NCBI GenBank assembly: GCA_963833575.1 | Contig: CAWHXY010000007.1 | Span: 96,001 to 160,000 of the forward strand | Source: Candidatus Bathyarchaeota archaeon | GTDB lineage: Archaea; Thermoproteota; Bathyarchaeia; Bathyarchaeales; Bathycorpusculaceae | Direction of reading: 5' to 3' | Length of the DNA stretch: 64,000 bases | In this document: in pieces, positions 20,662 to 28,168 of the stretch | Layout of the letters: each line of letters opens with the position of its first letter | How positions within the stretch are numbered: the first letter of the stretch is position 1 | Program-made: the position numbers and the translations under genes | Notes under the pieces: generated by a model | Seen by the model: only the letters and a program-made list of their open reading frames with translations | The model's database searches: none | What the model was told of the DNA's origin: nothing

Positions 20662-21409
20662 ATCGATCTTAGAAATTCGCGATCTTTGTGTAAAGTTATC
20701 TAACGGAGTTACTGCTCTGGAAGGCATAAATATAGATGTGAAACAGAAAGATTTAATTGCGCTTATCGGACCCAACGGAGCTGGAAAATCAACCCTCCTC
20801 AAAGTCATTCTAGGTCTAATCAAACCAACTAGTGGCTCAGTCACACTATTTGGGTCTAAAGACTTAAGCAAAAACCTCAAGTATGTAGGTTACGTTCCTC
20901 AAAGCGCGCAAGCAAGAGATCCAAACTTACCCTTCAGCGTTTATGAAACAGTACTGCTCGGAAGAACTCCAGTTGCAGGTCTGCTCCACGGAATGAGTGC
21001 AGTGGATAGACAGAAAGTTGACGAGACTCTGAAGATGTTTGGCATATATGAGCTGAAAGATCGAAAAATAGGGCAACTTTCTGGAGGGCAGTCTCAACGT
21101 GTTTTTTTGGCCAAAGCAATGGTTGCCGAGCCAAAACTGCTCTTGTTGGATGAACCTACAAGCGGCGTTGACACCAGTTCAAAGAAAGAATTCTACAACA
21201 TTCTTGATAAATTAAACAAGGAAAGAGAAATAACGGTTATACTTTCTTCACATGACATTGGAGTAATCACAAAGATAGCAAATAGAGTTCTTTGTCTAAA
21301 CAGATCCCAATTCTTCTGCGGCGAAAACGAAGACTTCCAAGCAGACATTGAGATCCACAAATTGTATGGCCATCCAGTGGAGCTTATGGAACATCATGAT
21401 CACCCTTAA
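20648..21409 (+). CDS. znuC: Metal ABC transporter ATPase
   Basis: GPNGAGKST, LSGGQ, LLLDEP, SHD. Confidence 0.92.
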   Translation: MSEAKSILEIRDLCVKLSNGVTALEGINIDVKQKDLIALIGPNGAGKSTLLKVILGLIKPTSGSVTLFGSKDLSKNLKYVGYVPQSAQARDPNLPFSVYETVLLGRTPVAGLLHGMSAVDRQKVDETLKMFGIYELKDRKIGQLSGGQSQRVFLAKAMVAEPKLLLLDEPTSGVDTSSKKEFYNILDKLNKEREITVILSSHDIGVITKIANRVLCLNRSQFFCGENEDFQADIEIHKLYGHPVELMEHHDHP

Positions 21410-22283
21410 CGCTTTTTCTTTGCTCCAAGCGCCATTTATGCAACGAGCGATTTTAATATCCATCATCATCGCACTGTTGAGTTCGATCCTTAGCATTTTT
21501 ATTGTTTTAAAAAGGATCTCACTTATCGGAGATGGACTTTCACATACAGCTTTTGGCGGCTATGCCCTCGGCTATTATATAACCTCTATCTTGTTTGGAA
21601 GCCTAGCCACTTACTCGTATTTTGCAGGAATTATACCTCAATGGGTAGGTGCGATCACAGTAATTTTAGGTTCAATAGGCATCAATAAAGCTTTGAGATC
21701 AACTAAAATTGCTGGCGACGCTGCTGTTGCTGTGTTCCTTCAACTTGGTCTAGCAGCAGGTGTAACTTTAGTAAGTATTACAGGTGGCTTTGGTGTTAAT
21801 CTTGAAAATCTGCTTTTCGGCAGTATTCTTGCTGTTGACTTTCAACAGATAATTATTGCTGGCATAGTAACGGCTTTTTCTTTAGCCATAGTTTTTCTGT
21901 TTTTCAAGGAACTAGTATACATTACTTTTGATGAAACTCAAGCTCGTGCAGCTGGAATCAGAACTTGGGTCTACGATTATCTGCTTAGTATTCTAGCAGG
22001 TGTTACAGTAGTCATAGCGATACCCGTGGTGGGCGTGCTTTTAATGTCTGCCCTTCTTGTTCTGCCAGCGTTAATAAGTACTCAAGTTACAAAATCTTTC
22101 AGGCAAACAGTAATATTGGCGCCAATAATCGGCCTAGTCACAGTTATTTTTGGAATAATAATATCCGTCATCATAAATGCCGCTCCAGGAGGAACAATCG
22201 TTCTTACAGGTTTAGCAATTCTCGCAATCATAATAATAGCCAAAAAAATCCAGAGCAGCTCAAAACCTAAACAACATGACTAA
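21396..22283 (+). CDS. znuB: Metal ABC transporter permease (ABC-3)
   Basis: IGDGLSH, LFGSI, FDETQARAAG; start taken at ATG 21396. Confidence 0.9.
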   Translation: MITLNAFSLLQAPFMQRAILISIIIALLSSILSIFIVLKRISLIGDGLSHTAFGGYALGYYITSILFGSLATYSYFAGIIPQWVGAITVILGSIGINKALRSTKIAGDAAVAVFLQLGLAAGVTLVSITGGFGVNLENLLFGSILAVDFQQIIIAGIVTAFSLAIVFLFFKELVYITFDETQARAAGIRTWVYDYLLSILAGVTVVIAIPVVGVLLMSALLVLPALISTQVTKSFRQTVILAPIIGLVTVIFGIIISVIINAAPGGTIVLTGLAILAIIIIAKKIQSSSKPKQHD

Positions 22284-22319
22284 AATCAGAATAAAAAATG
22301 AGAAAAACTAAAGGGTTTG

Positions 22320-22892
22320 TTAGTAGTTTTCAACCCAGACTTCAAAGTAAGCTTTTGGATGAGCACATACTGGACATTTTTCTGGCGCTTGTAATCCTTC
22401 AAAGACGTAACCGCAGTTCCTGCATTTCCATTTGATCGACTGGTCCTTTTTGAAGACTTTCCCTTGTTCCAAAGTTTCAACCAGTTTATTGTAACGTCTT
22501 TCATGGTAGGCTTCGACTTTTGCAACCATCCGAAATGTTGCCGCTACCTCAGGAAAACCTTCTTTTTGAGCTACATCTCCAAAATCTGGGTAAAGAGAAC
22601 CCCATTCAAGTTTTTCACCTGCAGCTGCCGCTTTAAGATTGTCAACGGTTGACCCGATAGCTCCCGCTGGGTAAGTAGCTTTGATTTCAACCATTCCGCC
22701 TTTGAGATGCTTAAAGAACAATTCTGCATGTTCCTTTTCATTAGCTAATGTTTCCTCGAAAATTGCGCCTATCTGCTCATAACCTTCTTTTTTGGCGACG
22801 CTTGCAAAAAATGTATAGCGATTTCGGGCTTGTGATTCGCCTGCGAACGCAGCTAAAAGGTTTTTTTCTGTTTGACTACCTTTAAAATCCAT
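22320..22892 (-). CDS. rbr: Rubrerythrin
   Basis: AFAGESQARNRY, EKEH, EAYH, C-terminal CRNCG...CPVC; start at MDFKG. Confidence 0.96.
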   Translation of the reverse strand: MDFKGSQTEKNLLAAFAGESQARNRYTFFASVAKKEGYEQIGAIFEETLANEKEHAELFFKHLKGGMVEIKATYPAGAIGSTVDNLKAAAAGEKLEWGSLYPDFGDVAQKEGFPEVAATFRMVAKVEAYHERRYNKLVETLEQGKVFKKDQSIKWKCRNCGYVFEGLQAPEKCPVCAHPKAYFEVWVENY

Positions 22893-22997
22893 TTTAAAAC
22901 ACCAACTAAGTAAATTTAAGACCGAAAATAAAAGTGTTCCCTGTATTCTCAAAAAATTATATGTATAGGCTTTTATTTAGCTTAGAACTAAATGTTT

Positions 22998-23067
22998 TTG
23001 CCGAATGATGAGAAGGCATTAGCTTGACATTAATTTGGATGAGAGATCAGAGTTACTCAGACGGCAA
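22998..23067 (+). ncRNA. C/D-box sRNA, predicted guide for 23S rRNA helix 69 (Am1913 equivalent)
   Basis: Terminal stem TTGCCG/CGGCAA, C box ATGATGA (23005), D' TTGA (23024), C'-like GATGAGA, D CAGA (23058). D guide TCAGAGTTACT is complementary to RGUAACUCUGA of archaeal H69 as recalled from other archaea. Confidence 0.75.
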
Positions 23068-23218
23068 TGGATCCAATACAGCAACAAGCTCTTGGGTTTT
23101 ATGTATTAACATAACTCATTTATTGGCTTGAATCAAAAACCAATCAATTTCGAATAAAGAGTCCTTTTTCACCATTTTTGGATACATATCGGTATATATT
23201 TCTCAATTTGTTTCTCTG

Positions 23219-23497
23219 TTGAATAGCTTGATGGTGCTGGTTAAGAATCGAAATGAAGCAATAGCATTTTTGAAAGAAGTTTTTGATAAATGCACACTTT
23301 TTGACGGACAGTTTTTTTGCTTAACGCCACCAAACCCTGCAAGTTTGCTATCAAAGGGCTACCAAATTCACATGATGAACCCCATTCACTCCGATGATTT
23401 GGTCTGCATGAATGAAATTCTCAGCAAGCATGATCTATTATTGAAGATTGAAAAAGACTTAAAAATTATCTACAGGCCAGAAGCGTCAAAGAAATAA
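23219..23497 (+). CDS. Small hypothetical protein, probable paralog of 53583..53795
   Basis: NRNEAIAFLKE...GYQIH...IIYRP versus DRKEAVALVKE...RYKVQ...IIFKQ. Confidence 0.65.
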   Translation: MNSLMVLVKNRNEAIAFLKEVFDKCTLFDGQFFCLTPPNPASLLSKGYQIHMMNPIHSDDLVCMNEILSKHDLLLKIEKDLKIIYRPEASKK

Positions 23498-23694
23498 GGT
23501 TTTTTTGATATACGAATACAAAAAATGAAGCGATGCATAGAATTCACAGAACAAACTATGAGTTTGGAGTGCACTAAGTGACAACTAATCGAGGCATCTA
23601 TATTAGATGGACACAGATGCCGAAAGTTAAAACCACGAAAATAGTTATAGAAGAAAAAAATTGTTGGTTTTTTGTGTTAGATCCGAGTTTTGGT

Positions 23695-23934
23695 TTATTC
23701 TGAGGTGCAGCCTTTTTTGTCGCAGTTTAGCTCGGCGGGCTGATGCTTAGATAAAGCGTGGCTGATGTAATCTTCTCTTGAACTAAAAATTCCGTCACAT
23801 AGCGGGCAGTGAAGTTTACTCTTGTCGTCCATTTTAGGTTCTATGATATTAATGTCTTGCATGCCGCCTGGGCGCGCGGTTTTAGTGTCATTATCTTCGT
23901 GAAAGTTTGAACCTGGATTAATCTTTGACAACAA
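23695..23934 (-). CDS. Small C2H2 zinc-finger protein
   Basis: CPLCDGIFSSREDYISHALSKH; GGAGGTG upstream of the TTG start. Confidence 0.75.
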   Translation of the reverse strand: MLSKINPGSNFHEDNDTKTARPGGMQDINIIEPKMDDKSKLHCPLCDGIFSSREDYISHALSKHQPAELNCDKKGCTSE

Positions 23935-24000
23935 ATCACCTCCACTAAGAAAACCAGGGCGACAAAATACCTGTGTTACTTGCAGTGTTTTTGGTTGATG

Positions 24001-24159
24001 TTATATTCTGCGTCCTGTAAGTAGTCGGTAAACTATTATTATGAGAGCTATGACAAGCAGTAGCCAAATGATGGCGCCAAGGTTGAAGATGAAAAAGCCA
24101 AGCAGCCACAGTAAGACCAGAATCACAGCAACTACGATAAGAAAGTCAAGTACTCGCAT
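24001..24159 (-). CDS. 52-aa two-helix membrane protein (lmo0937/DUF5670-like), absent from the ORF track
   Basis: MRVLDFLIVVAVILVLLWLLGFFIFNLGAIIWLLLVIALIIIVYRLLTGRRI; GAGGAG upstream. Confidence 0.8.
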   Translation of the reverse strand: MRVLDFLIVVAVILVLLWLLGFFIFNLGAIIWLLLVIALIIIVYRLLTGRRI

Positions 24160-24579
24160 TTTCAGAAACTCCTCTTACCATTAACTCGGCATCTTTATTT
24201 TAAGATGTGTGACTGTGAACAAACAACTACAGTTTACACATCGCGCGCAGCGCGATTTAGGTAAGTGAGTAAAGAATTCGATAATTCCGCCAAATATGCT
24301 AACCACAATATAGGATTGTTCACCTAAAAGCGGAAGAGGATTACATAGTAAAAAATTATGTTTAACGCGAAAACAGATGCGCCAACGAGATTATGTTTTA
24401 TGTAACGCCAACCAAATTTTTTGACTATTGAAGTTAGTTTGCTCATGTGCTTTTCAATTCTCCTACTACAGTTAACTAAATTTCTGAATAACTTAGGATT
24501 TGGCTATGTTCTTCTTGTAAGCAAGTCCGGTGTTTTTTATGGGATTTGAACTGTGACGGTTTTAGATTTCAGAAGTGGT

Positions 24580-24810
24580 TTATTGTTGTGTTACTGTTAC
24601 GGCTGATACAGGGCAATTTTTGGCTGTGGCTTGGGCATCAACTATCTGATTATCATCAAATAAATTGGTAGATTTTGATTCATCTGTTTGCCCATGAATG
24701 ACATTTGGCTGCTGATTTTTACCGGATTGAAAATGAAGCCTATCACTAGCATAACAAGCTACAGTTGAAACACAAGTTTTCAGGTCAACTTCAATTTCAT
24801 ACTTAACCAT
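24580..24810 (-). CDS. Single-cluster ferredoxin-like protein
   Basis: IEVDLKTCVSTVAC...AKNCPVSAV; the second Cys of CxxCxxC is replaced. Confidence 0.75.
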   Translation of the reverse strand: MVKYEIEVDLKTCVSTVACYASDRLHFQSGKNQQPNVIHGQTDESKSTNLFDDNQIVDAQATAKNCPVSAVTVTQQ

Positions 24811-25080
24811 TAAATTATGGGACCGCTCTATCTTTGAGGCTTTAGCTCAATTTCTTATTTACCTTTTCACAGCAGTAACCCATTTCCTAAAATTTTTCTG
24901 TACAAATGTCCATTGCAGTTGGTTTATAACTTTTGCGCAATTGTTAGATTTCACGGCGCTCAGGCAGGGATTGTACTGAACGCTCCCTCCAGCGGAGACT
25001 TCACATAGGTGCATTTCCCTTTTCAATAAGATCCTCTGCAAAGTCAGCTAGATCGGAAAAATTCAACCATCGAAATCGTA

Positions 25081-25602
25081 TCACCCTGGAATTGAAACCC
25101 ATGTTGCATTTATGGGTATAGCAATCGCGTACCCTGTGTGTGTTGATTGCAAGCTAACGTAGTATCCTGCGGTATATTGTAGCATTTTAGAGGTAATCGT
25201 TATTGTGGTTTGTTCATGTATCTGGCTAATGTTGGATATTCTATCAATTACAATTGTTTGATCTAAGGAATATTTTGTTGGTGTTACATAATCTGATGTT
25301 GCATACTTACCTCCTTGTAGAATGTTTTGAGGTGTTGCCAACGGTTCTAAGCCTGTAGTATTAATGGTTATCAAATTTGTTATAATCGATTCGTTTGCTT
25401 GGTATGTTTTAATGCCTATGGAAACCGACTCTATCTGCTTATCTGTTGAAAAGATGATGTTGCTAAGAGCTATTGGATATTTCGATTGAAAGATTGATTG
25501 CCAGTTGTATGCGATAATAATTGATGAAGCTAACAAACCAATTATTATGGCAGCGATAAGTATTTTCACGATTCTTTGGTTTTTTGTTTTTGACATTGTC
25601 AA
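25081..25602 (-). CDS. Membrane-anchored hypothetical protein
   Basis: N-terminal TM segment; Thr/Ser-rich beta-type region. Confidence 0.7.
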   Translation of the reverse strand: MTMSKTKNQRIVKILIAAIIIGLLASSIIIAYNWQSIFQSKYPIALSNIIFSTDKQIESVSIGIKTYQANESIITNLITINTTGLEPLATPQNILQGGKYATSDYVTPTKYSLDQTIVIDRISNISQIHEQTTITITSKMLQYTAGYYVSLQSTHTGYAIAIPINATWVSIPG

Positions 25603-25640
25603 TACTCAATTATTTAGATGTTATTTATTCATAAGCGCTT

Positions 25641-26243
25641 CTATGATTGCAATGGAAGAGATTTCTTGTCCCTCTCAGGACCTAACAAGTGAATTCTAAG
25701 GCTTAAAGCTGCACTTTCTGTTGGTTGGTTTGAGTCGATGATTATCCAGTTGTCAAACCGTGTTAATTCGAGTGCTTTAGTTCTAACTTTTCTTAGGGCG
25801 GAAAGATTCTCAAACATTTCAAAGTCAGTGCGATTATTCTTAATGCGAGACGCCGCTACTTTGGAGTTGACATCTAAAAAGAACATCTTTTTCGGTTTTG
25901 GAACTATAGTTGAAAAGAAGTTATAGGCGATTGAGTGTAGAGGTGATGGTAGATATGCAGTTCCCATTAGGTACCGTACGAATATTATGTAATCGTCTTT
26001 TCGCCAAGAATATAGAAGTATTGAGCGGATGACATCCGCCATGTAGAATAAGGCTGATGAAAAATGGGCTGATTTGCCTTTAGAATACAAAAAGACATGT
26101 GCTTTTTGGCCAAACCAATTGTCACTTTCAGGATGAACCCGAATTGTTACGGACTTGTTCATTTGTTTTAATAACTCAAAGATTATGTGTGCTTGCGTGC
26201 TTTTTCCAGAACCGTCTAAGCCATCGATTATTATAAGTTTGAA
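25641..26243 (-). CDS. Thymidylate-kinase-like P-loop kinase lacking a canonical start codon
   Basis: Frame is open upstream of ATG 26162 and reads FKLIIIDGLDGSGKSTQA; later VRYLMGTAY, PKKMFFLDV, IIDSN. Confidence 0.8.
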   Translation of the reverse strand, partial: FKLIIIDGLDGSGKSTQAHIIFELLKQMNKSVTIRVHPESDNWFGQKAHVFLYSKGKSAHFSSALFYMADVIRSILLYSWRKDDYIIFVRYLMGTAYLPSPLHSIAYNFFSTIVPKPKKMFFLDVNSKVAASRIKNNRTDFEMFENLSALRKVRTKALELTRFDNWIIIDSNQPTESAALSLRIHLLGPERDKKSLPLQS

Positions 26244-26960
26244 CTAGATTCCTCCGATCAAAAGCAAAAATACCAGGGTGCTAATTAGCGGCACTGTTAG
26301 GTTGTCTAATCCTTTTGGTGTTAGTGCTTCAAGCAATGTCGCTGTAGCTGCAACCCCTAATGACGCCTCCAGAAGTGTAAATGTCGAAAATGGACACAAG
26401 TAAGAAAACAATAGCAGGCTAAGTGTCACACTTACGAATGTTATTGCAAACATAGCAGTTGTTCCTTCTAAGCTCTTTTTTGAAAATATATTGAACTGGT
26501 GGTGACCTATTTTTTGTCCAACTATGGAAGCGGCGGCATCACCAAAAGCCATCGGTAGAATCCCCGCTATTATGACATACGGTTTAGCGGAGAAGAAGAA
26601 TGCTAAAATGGTATAGGCGATTGCGTAAAGGACTAGACCGAATTGGTGCCCGCCGGTTGTAATTTCTGCAAGGCCTGATATTTTGTTTTTTAAATTGATT
26701 GGAGATGAGGGTGACGCCAAGAGAGTTAGTATTATGAAGGGTGAGGCGACAAAAAATGGGAAGTTTGCTGGGAAAGTTGTAAAGGTGAAAAAGGGTATTA
26801 TGTAGACGAAATTGCCGATCATAACGTGCAGGAACTTTCGCATTAGATTTGTTGGAAAGCGGGCGCCAATTTTCACTGCTATGACAATTATGGCAACTAT
26901 GTATAAGTAGCAAAGCGTGAGCAACACCGAGTTTGAGATAATTTCAGTGTTGGTGACCAT
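26244..26960 (-). CDS. CTP-dependent polyprenol/diacylglycerol kinase family (SEC59/DGK1/VTE5)
   Basis: RKFLH, GDAAASIVG, KKSLEG, GLDNL. Confidence 0.88.
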   Translation of the reverse strand: MVTNTEIISNSVLLTLCYLYIVAIIVIAVKIGARFPTNLMRKFLHVMIGNFVYIIPFFTFTTFPANFPFFVASPFIILTLLASPSSPINLKNKISGLAEITTGGHQFGLVLYAIAYTILAFFFSAKPYVIIAGILPMAFGDAAASIVGQKIGHHQFNIFSKKSLEGTTAMFAITFVSVTLSLLLFSYLCPFSTFTLLEASLGVAATATLLEALTPKGLDNLTVPLISTLVFLLLIGGI

Positions 26961-26967
26961 GCAATCT

Positions 26968-27813
26968 CTACCTCAACATTCCAAATACGAATGCTAATAA
27001 ACCAAAAATGAACAGGAACAGGACGATTTTCTTTATTTTTCGAGAGTTTTCTCTTTTTGGGTTTTTTAGCAGGGCAATTGAGCACCCAAGCAAGCCTATA
27101 TCGGTTACTAAAACAAATGGTATGAACCAGATTGAGACAAGGTTTAGAATTACCGGTATTGGAGAAAGGCAGACTGCAAAGATAAAGAATATTGTTGCTG
27201 CCAAAGCTGCTTTTTTGCTTCCGAAGACAACAGCTAAGGTTTTGATTTTATGTTGGCTATCACCTTCGATGTCAACTATGCCTTTGGCTATTTCTCTGCC
27301 TGTGTTTGAGAGGAAGGCCATTGATGCAAACAGCAGTATATTGATCATTACTGTGTTAACAGCAACTAGGCTGCCGAAGAGAAAAGGTGCTGCCACACAG
27401 GCACTTACCAGAAGGTTTCCGGGAAACCCCGCGCGTTTTCCTACAGTAGTGTAGGTTACCATAATTATCCATGCAATCGCAGCAAAAATCAGACAATAAA
27501 GAGTTATCATTAAGGCAAAAAACAAACCGATAAGGGTCATCATTGCTGTCATAATCAATGAAGCTTTCAGGGATACTTGACCGCTAGGAATTGGTCGGTT
27601 TGGCTCATTTATTTTGTCAATATCATAGTCGTAATAATCGTTTACTGCCATGGCAGCCCCGGTTAGAGTAAAAGCAGTTATGGCGCCAAAGAGCAGATCA
27701 ATCCAATGGAGGTTTCCAAGACCAGTTAGGCTAGCTCCTACAAGAACTGCAAAACTCATGACTATGCAGTTTAAAGGTCTTATTAGTTTTAGCATACCCT
27801 GTATTTTAGCCAT
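26968..27813 (-). CDS. Digeranylgeranylglyceryl phosphate synthase (UbiA family)
   Basis: LIRPLN, NDYYDYDIDKINEPNRPIPSG, REIAKGIVDIEGD. Confidence 0.92.
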   Translation of the reverse strand: MAKIQGMLKLIRPLNCIVMSFAVLVGASLTGLGNLHWIDLLFGAITAFTLTGAAMAVNDYYDYDIDKINEPNRPIPSGQVSLKASLIMTAMMTLIGLFFALMITLYCLIFAAIAWIIMVTYTTVGKRAGFPGNLLVSACVAAPFLFGSLVAVNTVMINILLFASMAFLSNTGREIAKGIVDIEGDSQHKIKTLAVVFGSKKAALAATIFFIFAVCLSPIPVILNLVSIWFIPFVLVTDIGLLGCSIALLKNPKRENSRKIKKIVLFLFIFGLLAFVFGMLR

Positions 27814-28168
27814 CAGTGCTTTCCCTTAGCCTAAGATAATATTCATCTCATTTTAAAAAACTAACCCCTAAATGGAAGTGGATTACTTTTAATGACGAGT
27901 TTTTTTTCGCGAATGCAAGAGAACAACCATGTACTGAGACGCGTATTTTAATTTGATTAAAGTAGAAAGCTCATTGTGAGTTTAGGAAAATTGATTGACA
28001 GAACATGATTTGATATTTTTTTAACTTTTATTTTACTATTTATTAATTTTAAAGCGTTTTACCGCAAGTTATTTAACTTAAAACAGATAGATGAGGGCAA
28101 CCGGGCAAGAGGTATATTCTATACTTCTTAACCCAAAATTATGAAACTAAAGGAGAAAAAACAAAAAA

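Noticed and set aside
27892-27937. Possible C/D sRNA (ATGACGA...CTGA)
   Set aside because: No terminal stem or clear D'/C' boxes, and the guide pairs poorly with archaeal rRNA as I recall it
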